From an uncultured Gemmatimonadales bacterium (GTDB lineage: Bacteria; Gemmatimonadota; Gemmatimonadetes; Gemmatimonadales; GWC2-71-9): a DNA stretch of 64,000 nucleotides. The stretch is taken from NCBI GenBank assembly GCA_963798915.1, contig CAWCVB010000002.1, forward strand, positions 1 through 64,000, read 5' to 3'. The notes below the pieces were generated by a model. That model did not search any database. It worked only from the letters and a program-made list of their open reading frames with translations, and was not told the DNA's origin. The position numbers and the translations under genes are program-made. How positions within the stretch are numbered: position 1 is the stretch's first letter; each line of letters begins with the position of its first letter. Below are positions 50,762 through 62,167 of the stretch, one piece after another.

Positions 50762-51241
50762 ATGCCCTCACTTGACCCGAGCGTTGACATCGGCCATGTG
50801 CACCTCAAGGTGGCCGACCTGGACCGGGCGCTGGCGTTCTACCATGATGTCCTCGGATTCGACGTGACCCGGCGGCTCGGCAACGGTGCTGCGTTCCTCA
50901 GTGCGGGCGGATACCACCATCATATCGGCCTCAACACCTGGGAAAGCCGGGGCGGCTCAGCGCCGCCCCCGGGTACCACCGGTCTCTATCATGTCGCGAT
51001 TCGATATCCTGATCGCCGGTCGCTGGCGGATGCGCTTCGGCGGCTGGACGAGGCCGGCATTCCACTCGATGGCGCGGCGGACCACGGCGTGAGCGAGGCG
51101 CTCTACCTGCATGACCCGGACGGCAATGGCATCGAACTCTACCGCGACCGCCCGGAAGAGGACTGGCCCCGGACCGACAGCGGCGAGCTGGAAATGGGAG
51201 GGTCTCCGCTCGACCTGGCGGCCTTGCGGCGGGAAGCGTGA
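50762..51241 (+). CDS. VOC/glyoxalase family protein (CatE-like domain)
   Basis: IGHVHLKV, GGYHHHIGLNTW, DHGVSEALYL.DPDGNGIE. Confidence 0.92.
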   Translation: MPSLDPSVDIGHVHLKVADLDRALAFYHDVLGFDVTRRLGNGAAFLSAGGYHHHIGLNTWESRGGSAPPPGTTGLYHVAIRYPDRRSLADALRRLDEAGIPLDGAADHGVSEALYLHDPDGNGIELYRDRPEEDWPRTDSGELEMGGSPLDLAALRREA

Positions 51242-51681
51242 TTCCTCTGGTCGTCATGCTGGCAGCGGCGCTTGGTGCACGGGTGGCCGGCCCCCATGAC
51301 TGGCTCTCCCTGGCCAGTTGGCAGCCAGCAGCACGGGTGGGCCTCAGCTTGATGTTCCTCTTTACCGGCGCGGCCCATTTCACCCGCACGCGCCGGGATC
51401 TGATCCGCATGGCGCCGCCGTTCGTACCCAACCCAGCGCTTGCCGTGACCCTGACCGGTGTGGCCGAGCTGGCAGGTGCGCTGGGGCTGCTGTTTCAGCC
51501 CACCGCGCGCTGGGCCGCGCTTGGCCTGGTGCTGCTGCTCGTCGCCATGTTTCCGGCCAACGTCCATGCCGCACGCGCTGGCCATCTCATCGAAGGGCGG
51601 CGGCACATGCCGATTGTCCCGCGCACCGCCCTGCAAGCCGGCTGGATGATCCTGCTGATCTGGTGCACCTGGGCGCGATAG
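51238..51681 (+). CDS. DoxX-like membrane protein
   Basis: FTG.AHF, TGVAELAGA, AMFPANV. Confidence 0.85.
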   Translation: MIPLVVMLAAALGARVAGPHDWLSLASWQPAARVGLSLMFLFTGAAHFTRTRRDLIRMAPPFVPNPALAVTLTGVAELAGALGLLFQPTARWAALGLVLLLVAMFPANVHAARAGHLIEGRRHMPIVPRTALQAGWMILLIWCTWAR

Positions 51682-51758
51682 GGTCGAGGGTCGAGGGTCC
51701 TCTTGCCAATTCGCCGGATCGGGCAAACGTTCAGAGATATGCGACCGAGGACCTTCCC

Positions 51759-52110
51759 GTGATTCGCACTGCTTCTGTTTTGTCGGCGCTGGCGCTTACC
51801 GGAGTGGTTGCCTGTCAGCCGAGGCCGGGCACGCCGGCCGGCTACGCTTTCCTTCCTGCCCGGCACCAACCGGGTGGCTGGTTTCAGTGGCTGCAACCGC
51901 GCTGGCGGCACCTATCAGGCGCATGGTGACAGCATCAGTTTTTCGCCAATGGTCATGACCCGCATGGCATGGAACAAGGGCATGGACCTGGAGCAGCGCT
52001 ACGCTGCCACGATTGATTCGGCCCGCACCTGGCGCCGTTCGGCAGACACGCTGGAGCTGAAGGCCGATGGTCGCCGCGTGCTTGCCCGCTTTCAACGTCC
52101 ATCCTCCTGA
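51759..52110 (+). pseudogene. META (HslJ-like) domain lipoprotein, frameshifted or deleted internally
   Basis: VVAC lipobox in one frame; GFSGCNR..G.Y...MTRMA in another. Confidence 0.65.
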
Positions 52111-52125
52111 GGAGCTGCTTCCAGC

Positions 52126-52461
52126 ATGAACCATGACCTCACCACGACGGCGTTCACTCTGGACGGGTACGACATCATCCAGAACCTTGGCATTGTACGC
52201 GGCATCAGTGTCCGTTCGCGATCCGTGTTCGGCTCGATCGGCGCCAGGATCGAGACCATGTTCGGCGGCAACATCGCCCTGCTCACGACCCTGTGCGAGA
52301 AGACCCGCCGCGAGGCCTATGACATCATGATGGAGCACGCGGAGCATATGGGCGCCAATGCCGTGGTCGGCGTGCGGTATGACGCGACCGAATTGATGCC
52401 GGGCGTGAGCGAAGTGCTCTGTTACGGAACTGCTGTAGTCGTGGAGCAGATGGAACGCTGA
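52126..52461 (+). CDS. YbjQ (UPF0145) family protein
   Basis: LGIVRG, GANAVVGVRYD, YGTAV. Confidence 0.9.
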   Translation: MNHDLTTTAFTLDGYDIIQNLGIVRGISVRSRSVFGSIGARIETMFGGNIALLTTLCEKTRREAYDIMMEHAEHMGANAVVGVRYDATELMPGVSEVLCYGTAVVVEQMER

Positions 52462-52528
52462 GCGCTGAGCGCTGTGCGCTGAGCGCTTGACCTTTTCTCC
52501 TCTCGACCTCTCGACCAAGGAGACCACC

Positions 52529-53158
52529 ATGGCACTGCAACTGGGCGATACCGCCCCGAACTTTACCGCCCAGACGACCGAGGGCCCGATCGATTTTTAT
52601 CAGTGGAAGGGCGACGCCTGGGCGGTGCTCTTCTCGCATCCCAAGGACTTCACTCCAGTCTGCACGACCGAGCTGGGGAGGGTCGGCGGACTCAAGGACG
52701 AGTTCGCCCGGCGCGGAACCAAGGTGATGGGGCTCTCCGTCGACCCCCTCGACAGTCACGCACGGTGGGCCAAGGACATCCAGGACGTCACCGGAAATGC
52801 CGTCAACTTCCCGATGATCGGGGACCCGGACCGGACCGTGGCCAACCTCTATGGCATGATCCACCCCAACGCAAGCGACACCATGACGGTCCGCTCGGTG
52901 TTCATCATCGGACCGGACAACAAGATCAAGCTGATGCTGACGTACCCTGCGAGCACCGGGCGGAACTTCGCGGAGGTCCTCAGGGTGCTTGACTCGCTGC
53001 AGCTCACCGCGAAGCATGGCGTGGCGACACCGGCGGACTGGCAGTCCGGCGATGATGTGATCATCGGTGGAAGCATCAACGATGAAGAAGCCGCGCGGCG
53101 CTTTCCGGGCTACGAGACCAAGAAGCCCTATCTTCGGGTCACCCGGCAGCCAACCTGA
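52529..53158 (+). CDS. 1-Cys peroxiredoxin (Prx6)
   Basis: FSHPKDFTPVCTTE; YPASTGRNF. Confidence 0.95.
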   Translation: MALQLGDTAPNFTAQTTEGPIDFYQWKGDAWAVLFSHPKDFTPVCTTELGRVGGLKDEFARRGTKVMGLSVDPLDSHARWAKDIQDVTGNAVNFPMIGDPDRTVANLYGMIHPNASDTMTVRSVFIIGPDNKIKLMLTYPASTGRNFAEVLRVLDSLQLTAKHGVATPADWQSGDDVIIGGSINDEEAARRFPGYETKKPYLRVTRQPT

Positions 53159-53283
53159 AGCCCACCCCCGCATCCGGACGGCCCTCCGCCGTCCGGATGC
53201 GGGTGAGACGTGCATCACCGACACGGGCGTCCCCACCTGCGACAATAGAGCGGCAGGGCACCTCCAGGCTTGAGGAGAACCGT

Positions 53284-53457
53284 ATGTCCTTCGCGCTCTA
53301 TCTTATCGGGTTTCTGATCTTCATAGCGGGTGTAGCGTGGGCCCTGGTGGTCGCCGGACTCTCGGTGATCTGGGTCACCATCATTTCCGTGATCATGCTT
53401 GGCCTTGGCATCCTGACCGGTGTGTCACGGACGCGGCGGCGCGACCCGGCGGAATGA
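53284..53457 (+). CDS. Small 2-TM membrane protein
   Basis: GAGGAG SD; MSFALYLIGF...TRRRDP. Confidence 0.75.
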   Translation: MSFALYLIGFLIFIAGVAWALVVAGLSVIWVTIISVIMLGLGILTGVSRTRRRDPAE

Positions 53458-53996
53458 GGCCCCATGTTCCGTACGGGAGGTCACGTCACGGAGCGATCTG
53501 CGTGATGCTGCTCGCGCTCGCCAGCTGCGGTCCTCGGCCCGCGCCGAGCGCTTCGGCCGACTCCGCGACGGCCATGCAGCCTGACACCATCGTGCCGCCA
53601 CTCCAGCGGGACAGCACCGGCGCGGTGCAGGTGCTCGAGCAGTACTACCGCGCTGTCAACCAGCGTGACTTCCGCTCGGCCTATCTGCTGTGGGGAGATA
53701 GCGGCCGGGCGAGCGGCCAGTCATTCGAGCAATTTCAGGCGGGTTATGCCCGGACCGACTCGGTGATGGCGACGATCGGCCGCCCGGGAGGAGTGGAGGG
53801 TGCGGCCGGGTCGCGCTACATAGAAGTTCCAGTCACGCTCCAGGCATGGAGCGGCCCCGGCGTGCCTCAGCGCTTCACCGGCACCTACGTGCTTCGTCGC
53901 AGCATGGTGGACGGCGCCACGCCGGCCCAGCGCCGCTGGCATATTTACAGCGCCGAGCTGCATGGCGGGGCGGGCAGCAGCGACTCCGCCAGCTGA
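53454..53996 (+). CDS. Hypothetical lipoprotein
   Basis: LASC lipobox; YY.A.N..D...AY.LW and EGAAGSRY.EVPV. Confidence 0.75.
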   Translation: MRPHVPYGRSRHGAICVMLLALASCGPRPAPSASADSATAMQPDTIVPPLQRDSTGAVQVLEQYYRAVNQRDFRSAYLLWGDSGRASGQSFEQFQAGYARTDSVMATIGRPGGVEGAAGSRYIEVPVTLQAWSGPGVPQRFTGTYVLRRSMVDGATPAQRRWHIYSAELHGGAGSSDSAS

Positions 53997-54061
53997 ATTC
54001 CAGACGCACCATTCGGGCAACTCACATCACTGATCGATGATCCGCTGTTCGGGACGGAGCC

Positions 54062-54565
54062 ATGAAACCGAAATCACGGTTTACCCGCTTTGCACTTGCG
54101 ACCGCCCGTATCAGCGGCAACGCGGCCACCTTCGCGATTGCGGCGACGATCATCCTGGTCTGGTCGGTCACCGGGCCGATCTTTCATTTCAGCGACACCT
54201 GGCAGCTTGTCATCAATACCGGAACGACGATTGTCACCTTCCTGATGGTGTTCCTGATTCAGAACACCCAGAACCGCGACACCCAGGCAGTGCAGATCAA
54301 GCTGGACGAATTGATCCGGGCCCTGGAAACCGCCAACAATTCGCTGCTTGACCTGGAAGACCTGGAGCAGGACGATCTCGACCTGATTCGCGGCGATTAC
54401 GAGAGTCTTGCCGAGGCCGCCCGCAAGCGGCTCAAGGCCATTGATGCGACTGAAGCAGCCCGCGATCCCGAAGACCTGAACTGCGAGCCGGGAGAAGAGC
54501 AGGAACGCCAGCGGCGTCGGCGCGACGCCGGAAGGCGGCCAACTGCGGCTCAGGCGGATGAGTAG
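54062..54565 (+). CDS. Low-affinity iron permease family (Fet4-like)
   Basis: FSDTWQLVINTGTTIVTFLMVFLIQNTQNRD. Confidence 0.92.
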   Translation: MKPKSRFTRFALATARISGNAATFAIAATIILVWSVTGPIFHFSDTWQLVINTGTTIVTFLMVFLIQNTQNRDTQAVQIKLDELIRALETANNSLLDLEDLEQDDLDLIRGDYESLAEAARKRLKAIDATEAARDPEDLNCEPGEEQERQRRRRDAGRRPTAAQADE

Positions 54566-54648
54566 GCTGGGCGGCTGGCCGGCAGTTCGGCACGCGTCGA
54601 CGCAGGGGCGTACGCTCCGACCGACCGACGACCATGGAGGCACCTCCC

Positions 54649-54798
54649 ATGATCCGCAAACTCGCCGACGGCAGCTACCGTCTTTACTCGAAGAAGAAGA
54701 ATCCCAAGACCGGCAAGCGCCGCAACCTGGGCACATTCAAGACCCGCAAGGCCGCGGAAAAACATGAACGGGAAGTTCAGTATTTCAAGAAACACTAG
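54649..54798 (+). CDS. 49-aa highly basic protein (not in ORF track)
   Basis: GGAGG SD; MIRKLADGSYRLYSKKKNPKTGKRRNLGTFKTRKAAEKHEREVQYFKKH. Confidence 0.8.
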   Translation: MIRKLADGSYRLYSKKKNPKTGKRRNLGTFKTRKAAEKHEREVQYFKKH

Positions 54799-54836
54799 TC
54801 GATGGTCATCGGTCGTCGGTCTTTGGCAGATGACCG

Positions 54837-55574
54837 ATGACTGACGACCGACGGCCCTTCTGGCTCCCTTTCCTCATCCTCGCCCTCGGCATTGTCCTCG
54901 GCGGCTGGCTGGCAGGGCGGGGCATTGCCGAGGTGCGCGCCGCTGACCGGTTCGTAACTGTCAAGGGCGTGTCGGAACGGGCCATCCGAGCTGATCTGGC
55001 CATCTGGCCGCTCAATATCAGCGTGGCGGACAACGATCTCTCCAAGGCTCAGGCCAAGGTCGCGAGCAACGTCAGGCTGATCCTGGCATTCCTCGCCCGG
55101 CATGGCATCGACACAACCCAGACGTCCCTGCAGGGCTTTCAGGTGACCGACGCCTTCGCCAACCAGTACCAGCCGCCCGGCGGGGTGGTGTCGCGCTACG
55201 TCGTCAAGCAGACGTTGATGGTGCGCTCCGACCGTCCCGACACCGCACTCGCCGCCAGCCAGCGGCTGAATGAACTGGTGGAGGCCGGCGTGGTCTTCTC
55301 CTCTGGCGGAGAATACGACGCTTCAGGACCGAGTTTCCTCTTCACCAGGCTCAACGACTACAAGCCCGCCATGATCGCCGAAGCCACCGCCCGGGCGCGC
55401 GAAGCAGCCGAGCAGTTTGCCCACGATTCCCGGAGTGGTGTCGGAGGAATCCGGCGAGCCAGCCAGGGCGTCTTCGAGATCCTTCCACGGGATCAGGCAT
55501 CCGGCATTCGCGAAGAGAGTCAGGTCGAGAAGACGTTGCGGGTAGTGACGACCGTCGAGTATCTGCTGGAGTAA
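54837..55574 (+). CDS. SIMPL (DUF541) domain protein
   Basis: DRFVTVKGVSER...ADLAIWPL; ARAREAAEQFA.DS; RVVTTVEY. Confidence 0.9.
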   Translation: MTDDRRPFWLPFLILALGIVLGGWLAGRGIAEVRAADRFVTVKGVSERAIRADLAIWPLNISVADNDLSKAQAKVASNVRLILAFLARHGIDTTQTSLQGFQVTDAFANQYQPPGGVVSRYVVKQTLMVRSDRPDTALAASQRLNELVEAGVVFSSGGEYDASGPSFLFTRLNDYKPAMIAEATARAREAAEQFAHDSRSGVGGIRRASQGVFEILPRDQASGIREESQVEKTLRVVTTVEYLLE

Positions 55575-55727
55575 CCACCTTTCGTTGACTCTCGCGCCAC
55601 CATCATGACAGCAATTTTCTCCTGCGGCCCGGGGGAACACCTCGGGGCCGCGCTGTGTTAGCACAACTTGTGGCTTCGCAGACAGGCGGCGGGATGGCGC
55701 CGGGGTCGAGACATATCGGGAGGCTGT

Positions 55728-56885
55728 GTGAAGGTGAGCGATAGCAGGACAGTTCGTAACGCAATGCTCCTTGCGCTGCTTCCGGCCATGCTGGGAGCGA
55801 GTGCCTGCGGCCGTACGGCGCCGCCCCAGGCACCGCCGCCACCCGAGGTTGGCGTGCTGACGCTGGCGCAGGAGAACGTTCCGGAGTCGTTCGAATTCTC
55901 CGGCTCCGTTGTTCCATATCGTCGCGTTGAGGTGCGCTCGCGGGTGGACGGCATCATCGAGTCCCGCCCGTTCACTGAGGGCGCCATGGTCCGCCCGGGC
56001 CAGGTGCTCTACCGGCTCGACCGGGTCCGTTACGAGGCGGCGTACCAGAGTGCATTGGCCCGGTACCAGAACGCCAAGCAGACCCTGGACCGCATGAAGC
56101 CGTTGCTGGCCCAGAACGCCGTGGCCCAGCAGGACGTGGACAATGCCCAGTCGGAGTTTCAAGCGGCGCAGGCCGCGCTGGCACAGGCCCGGAAGGACCT
56201 GGACGACACCGTGGTGCGGGCGGAGATGGCGGGCCGCGTCGGTCGAACCAACCTGGAGGTTGGCGCCCGGGTGACCGGACCTGCCGACCTGCTGACCACG
56301 ATCGACCGCCTGGATCCGGTCTATGTCACGTTCAGTCCGTCCTCCCAGCAGCTGCTCGCGTGGCAGCAGGATTCATCGGCGCGGGCGCTGATCCGGCCGG
56401 GCAGCAAGCTCAATGTGCAGGTGGTGCTGCCGGATGGCTCGGTCCTGCCGCGCGTCGGCAAGCTCGATTATGTCGCTCCCGCACTGGATGCCAGCACCGG
56501 CACCCGTGAGTTCCGCGCCACCTTCCAGAACAAGGATGGCCTGCTGACGCCCGGGCAGTTCGTGCGGGTCCGCCTGACCGGCTTTGTACGACCAGGCGCG
56601 CTCGCCATTCCCCAGGCGGCGGTGCAGACCGGCCTCGGCAAGCAGTTTGTGTACGTCGTCAGCAAGGGCGACACGGCCATGGCCCGTGATGTCGTGCCTG
56701 GTCCGTGGACCGGGAATCGCTGGGTCATCGAAAAAGGACTCGCCCCGGGTGAGCGGGTCATCGTGAGCGGCCTCCAGAAAGTGGCGCCCGGCCAGCCGGT
56801 GCGGCCCGTCGAGGCAAGTGATGCCAGCGCCGCAGCTCCGGCCGCAGCGGCTCCCGACTCCAGCCAGGCGGGGAGTTCAAAGTGA
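55728..56885 (+). CDS. RND periplasmic adaptor (AcrA-like)
   Basis: ASAC lipobox; EVRSRVDGII, EG..V..GQ.LY, PGQFVR. Confidence 0.92.
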   Translation: MKVSDSRTVRNAMLLALLPAMLGASACGRTAPPQAPPPPEVGVLTLAQENVPESFEFSGSVVPYRRVEVRSRVDGIIESRPFTEGAMVRPGQVLYRLDRVRYEAAYQSALARYQNAKQTLDRMKPLLAQNAVAQQDVDNAQSEFQAAQAALAQARKDLDDTVVRAEMAGRVGRTNLEVGARVTGPADLLTTIDRLDPVYVTFSPSSQQLLAWQQDSSARALIRPGSKLNVQVVLPDGSVLPRVGKLDYVAPALDASTGTREFRATFQNKDGLLTPGQFVRVRLTGFVRPGALAIPQAAVQTGLGKQFVYVVSKGDTAMARDVVPGPWTGNRWVIEKGLAPGERVIVSGLQKVAPGQPVRPVEASDASAAAPAAAAPDSSQAGSSK

Positions 56886-59800
56886 GCGGCGCCGGCGGGC
56901 CCGTTCCCGAACACGAGATCCAGTATTTCTTCATCCGCCGGCCAGTGCTTGCGGCGGTGATCTCCATCATCATCACGCTGCTCGGGATTTTCGCGATCCG
57001 GCTGCTGCCGGTCTCGCGCTATCCGCAGATTACGCCGTCCGCGGTCCAGGTCATCGCCGTCTATCCCGGCGCATCGGCCGAGGACGTTGCCGCCGCCGTG
57101 GCAGCGCCCATCGAGGAACAGCTGTCCGGACTGCAGGGGCTGCTTTACTACACGTCGGCCAACACCAGCGACGGCACCATGAGCCTGCAGATCTACTTCG
57201 ACGTGTCCCGCGACCAGGACCTCGCCGCGGTGGATGTGCAGAACGCCGTGAAGCTGGCGGAGCCGCAGTTGCCCGACGCGGTGCGGCAGAACGGCATCAC
57301 CATCCTCAAGTCTGCCTCGGACATCCTGGGCGTCGTGGGCCTCTCGTCGAGCGATCCGCGGTACGATGCCTCGTATCTCACGAACTACCTCAAGCTGAAC
57401 GTCGAGGACGAGATCAAGCGACTGCCTGGCGTTGGCAACGCGCAGACGTTTGGCGGGCTGCAGTTCTCGATGCTGATCCAGCTCGATCCCGAGAAGATGG
57501 CGCAGCTGGGCATCACGGTCGGCGACGTGGCCGACGCGGTGCGGGAGCAGAATGCCACCAATCCGGCCGGCCGGCTCGGACGCGAGCCGGCGCCGCCCAG
57601 CACCCAGCTGACGCTGCCGGTCACGGCCCTTGGGCGGCTGCAGACCGTGGACCAGTTCAACGACATCGTGGTGCGGGCCCGGCCCAACGGATCGCTGGTT
57701 CGGGTCCGGGACATCGGGCGGGCGGTACTCGGATCCCAGAATTACGATTTCTCGGGCCGCCTGAACGGCCGGCCGACGGCGTTCATGCTCATCAACCAGC
57801 GCGCCGGCGCCAACGCGCTCGCGGTCAAGGACGCCGCGGTGAAGCGGCTCAACGAACTCGCGCGGAGCCTCCCGCCCGGCGTGTCGATTTCCATCCCGTT
57901 CGACACGACGCCCTTCGTCACGGAATCGATCAAGGAAGTAGTGAAGACGCTTCTGGAAGCGATGATCCTGGTGGCACTGGTGGTGTTCCTCTTCCTGCAG
58001 AGCTGGCGCGCAACACTGATCCCGATGCTGGCCGTACCGGTCAGCGTGATCGGCACGTTCCTGGGGCTGCTGGCCCTGGGCTTCTCGATCAACGTCCTGA
58101 CCCTCTTTGCGCTGGTGCTGGCCATCGGCATCGTGGTGGATGACGCCATTGTCGTGATCGAAAATGTCGAGCGCATCATGGCGACGGAGAATCTGCCGGC
58201 CCCGGTCGCCGCCGACCGCGCCATCCGGCAGGTGGCCGGCGCGCTGATCGCGATCGTCCTGGTGCTCTGCGCCGTCTTTGTGCCGGTGGCCTTCACCGGC
58301 GGGGTGACGGGCGGCATGTTCCGGCAGTTTGCCATCACGATCGTGATCGCGGTGGTGCTGTCGGGCGTCGTGGCGCTGACGCTCACGCCGGCGCTCTGTG
58401 CCTGGCTGCTGAAGGAGCCGTCCGAAGCACACAGGACCGGTTTCTTTGGCGGGTTCAACCGACTCTTTGCCCGCACCACCCGTGGCTACACCGGCGCCGT
58501 GGACCGGGTGCTCGGCCGTCCCCGCGCATGGTTTGCGGTCTTTCTCGTGATAGCCGGGCTCGCCGTGGTGCTGTGGAGGCACGTGCCATCCGCCTTCATC
58601 CCCACCGAGGACAAGGGTTACTTCGCCATCGGGCTCCAGCTGCCTGACGGCGCCGCGTTGAGCCGCACCGAAGCGACCGTCAAGGAGGTCGAGGGGTTCC
58701 TGCGGCAGGAACCCGCGATCAGGAATGTGGTGGCGCTCGCCGGGTTTGACCTGCTGAGCCGCGCCAACCAGAGCAACAGCGCCACGATCTTCGTGAACGT
58801 GGCGCCGTGGGACGAGCGAGGCGGCGACCAGTCCATTGATGCCATCATCGGCCGGATCAACGGCCGGCTCTTCGGCATGCGCGACGCGATGGGATTCGCC
58901 TTCAACCTGCCCGAGATCATCGGCTTGGGCACCACGGCAGGCGTCGAGACCAACCTGCAGGATCGCGCCGGCCGGGATCCCAAGGATTTTGCCCAGCAGG
59001 TCCAGGCGTTTGCCGCGGCAGCCAGCAAGCTGCCCGCCGTGGCCGCCATCAGTACGACGTACCGCGCCAACGTGCCCCAGGTGTACGTGGACGTCGATCG
59101 TACCACGGCCAAGGCGCGCGGCGTGGACCTGGCGTGACTCTTCGGTACCCTGCAGGCGCTGCTCTCCACCCTGTACATCAACGACTTCAACCTCTACGGT
59201 CGGACCTACCGGGTGCAGGCCGAGGCGCAGTCGGCGTTCCGGCAGACGCCGTCGACATCGGGCGCCTCTACGTGCGCGGCGCCGACGACGCGATGGTGCC
59301 CATATCGGCGCTGACCGAAGTGAGCTTCCGCAGCGGACCCACTCTGTTGTCCCGCTTCAACGGCTTCCCGTCGGCGTTCTTCACCGGCGCACCCAAGGCG
59401 GGCCACAGCTCGGGTGAGGTGATGAACCAGCTCGATCAGCTGGCGCGAGCCAGTTCGCGCCCCAGGGCGCAACCATTGCGTACTGGGGCCAGTCGTACCA
59501 GGAGCGGTCCTCCAGGGCGCCGCCGGTCTCGTCTTCGGCCTCGGCCTGATAATCGTCTTCCTGGTGCTCGCCGCGCAGTACGAGAGCTGGTCAGTGCCGT
59601 TCGCCGTGCTGCTCGGTGTTCCGTTCGGCGTGCTGGGTGCGTTGCTTGGCGTGTGGCTCCGCGGGCAGCCGAGCGACATCTATTTCCAGGTGGGACTAAT
59701 CACGGTGGTCGGACTTGCGGCCAAGAACGCGATCCTGATCGTCGAGTTCGCGACCGAACTCCGGAACCAGGGCCTATCCATACGACGAGGCCGCGGTGGA

Positions 59801-60051
59801 GGCGGCGCGCGAGCGGCTTCCGGCCCATCCTGATGACGTCGTTCGCGTTCATCCTCGGTGTCTCGCCGCTGGTGATTGCGGGCGGAGCAGGCGCCGCCAG
59901 CCGGCACTCGATCGGCACCGGCGTCTTTGCCGGAATGCTGTTCGCCACGACCATCGGAATCTTCTTCATTCCGCTCTTCTTCCGGGTCATTCGCGGCCTG
60001 GGTGACCGGAAGAATGCCGACGGTACCCGCTCGGTGGAGGGCTCGGCATGA
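56882..60051 (+). pseudogene. RND efflux permease (AcrB/HAE1), several frameshifts after ~59130
   Basis: [46 protein letters not shown] split over frames. Confidence 0.9.
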
Positions 60052-61517
60052 GATTCCGCGCGCTCACCTGGGCGCTGCCCCTGGCGCTGGCCGGCTGTGC
60101 CGTGGGACCGGCATACCATCCCGAACCGGTGGTCCCGGCCACCACCATGGTCGGCAGCGGGCCCGTTGGCGACACGGCCAGGATCTTCTTCGACTCCCTC
60201 CGCGCCGCGCGTGCCGCCGATAGCACACTGCAGGAAGTCGAAGTGCTGCCGCCGACAACCATCAGCGGTGATTCGGTGGCGGGCCTCGACTGGCTCGACC
60301 TGCTGCACGACACCACGCTCACGCACCTGATCGAGACGGCGCTGGCACAGAATCGCGACGTGGCCGCGGCGAGGGCGCGGATCCGGGAGTACCGGGCGCT
60401 GGCCGGCGTGGCGCGCGCGCCGCTCTTCCCGACGCTCTCGGTCAATGGCAGCGCCAGCCGTAACCAGGTGGCCATCGGCGCATTCCCACCTGCCACCTAC
60501 AACGCGCTTCGGGTCACAGGTGATCTGGGCTGGGAACTGGATTTCTGGGGCAAGACCCGGCGGGGCCTCCAGGCCGCCAACGCTGATCGCGCCGCGCAGG
60601 AGGCGGCGGAGCAGGCGGCCGTGCTCTCGCTGGTGAGTGACGTGGCCACCAGCTACCTGCAGTTGCTCGAGACCGAGCAGGAACGGACCATCGCCGAGCG
60701 CACGCTGTCGTCCCGCCAGACTACACTCGACCTGGCCCAGCGGCGCTTCCGGCAGGGACTCATCTCCGAGCTCGACGTGCGCCAGTTCGAGGCGCAGGTG
60801 GCCGTGCCTGCCGTGCGGCTGGCGCAGGTGGAAGCGGCGGAGAGCCGACTGGAGCATGCGCTGAGCGTGCTGCTGGGCGAGGCGCCCAGCACCATTCCGC
60901 GCGGCGGCTCGCTGGCGGATGCCGCGCGCGCTGTCGTCGTGCCGGATTCGCTGCCGGGAACGCTGCTTGCCCGGCGGCCCGACGTGGCCCAGGCCGAGCG
61001 GGAGTACGCCGCCGCGAACGCGCGGATCGGCGTGGCGGATGCCGCGCGCCTGCCCACCATCACGGTGAACGGATCCTACGGAACGCAGGCGGCCGAGACG
61101 GGCAACCTGTTCACCTCGCAAGGTGAGATCTACCAGCTGCAGGCCGGTGTTTCGATACCGATCTTCACCGGGGGCCGGCTGCAGAACGAGGCCCGGGCCG
61201 CGCGGGCGCGGGCGGAGCAGGCCCGGGCTGCGTACGAGCAGACCACCCTCCAGGCGTTGCGCGAAGCCAGTGATGCGCTGGTTGGCGTCCGCGCCGCGCG
61301 GGACCAGGTGGCGGCGCAGGAGACCCAGACCGGTGCCTTGCGGCGGGCACTGACCCTGGCGGAGCTTCGCTACCGCACGGGAGTCTCGAATTACCTGGAG
61401 GTGCTCGACGCGCAGCGCAGCCTCTTCGATGCCGAAGTGGCGCTGAGCCAGGCGCAACTGCAGCAGCTGACGGCGGCGGTGCAGCTGTACAAGGCGCTGG
61501 GAGGAAGCTGGAAATAG
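60048..61517 (+). CDS. Efflux outer membrane lipoprotein (NodT/OprM family)
   Basis: LAGCAVGP lipobox, [26 protein letters not shown]. Confidence 0.95.
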   Translation: MRFRALTWALPLALAGCAVGPAYHPEPVVPATTMVGSGPVGDTARIFFDSLRAARAADSTLQEVEVLPPTTISGDSVAGLDWLDLLHDTTLTHLIETALAQNRDVAAARARIREYRALAGVARAPLFPTLSVNGSASRNQVAIGAFPPATYNALRVTGDLGWELDFWGKTRRGLQAANADRAAQEAAEQAAVLSLVSDVATSYLQLLETEQERTIAERTLSSRQTTLDLAQRRFRQGLISELDVRQFEAQVAVPAVRLAQVEAAESRLEHALSVLLGEAPSTIPRGGSLADAARAVVVPDSLPGTLLARRPDVAQAEREYAAANARIGVADAARLPTITVNGSYGTQAAETGNLFTSQGEIYQLQAGVSIPIFTGGRLQNEARAARARAEQARAAYEQTTLQALREASDALVGVRAARDQVAAQETQTGALRRALTLAELRYRTGVSNYLEVLDAQRSLFDAEVALSQAQLQQLTAAVQLYKALGGSWK

Positions 61518-61606
61518 GCGGGAAGTCGACGGGAGACGGCAGGCAGACGACCGACGACCCACTGGCCCGTCTTGTCCGCCCTGCCCGTCCTGCCCATCTT
61601 GCCGAC

Positions 61607-62167
61607 ATGCACACCCTCACCCTTGCCGGCGGCTGCTTCTGGTGCCTGGAGACGATCTATGAGCGTCTCCGCGGCGTTGAGCGCGTCGTGTCCGGCTACA
61701 CCGGCGGTCGCCGGTCCAATCCGACGTACGAGCAGGTCTGCAGCGGAGCCACCGGCCATGCCGAGGCGATCCAGGTGACCTACGACCCGGACGTCATTTC
61801 CGACCGTGAGATGCTGGAAATCTTCTTTGCCTTTCACGACCCGACGACGCTCAACCGCCAGGGGCCGGACGTCGGTACCCAGTATCGCTCGGCCATCTTT
61901 TACGACTCGCCGGCACAGGAGCAGCTTGCCCGCGAGGTGATCGCCGAGCTCGAGCGCAACCAGACCTTCGACCAGCCCATTGTCACGGACCTCAAGCCGC
62001 TGGACGTCTTCTACCCCGCCGAGGCCCGCCACCAGGAGTATTACCGGCGTCACCCGAGCCAGCCATACTGCGCCGCGGTGATCGGGCCCAAGGTGGCCAA
62101 GCTGAGGGCGGGGTATACCGGGAGGCTGAAGACGGACGGCGAGACGGCGAGTCGGCGAGACGCATAG
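61607..62167 (+). CDS. msrA: Peptide-methionine (S)-S-oxide reductase, cytoplasmic
   Basis: GGCFWC, YEQVCSG.TGHAE, HDPTTLNRQG, QPYC. Confidence 0.95.
   Translation: MHTLTLAGGCFWCLETIYERLRGVERVVSGYTGGRRSNPTYEQVCSGATGHAEAIQVTYDPDVISDREMLEIFFAFHDPTTLNRQGPDVGTQYRSAIFYDSPAQEQLAREVIAELERNQTFDQPIVTDLKPLDVFYPAEARHQEYYRRHPSQPYCAAVIGPKVAKLRAGYTGRLKTDGETASRRDA

Noticed and set aside
59134..59137. TGA ending the first RND ORF as programmed readthrough or a split transporter
   Set aside because: Homology continues in a shifted frame, consistent with an indel
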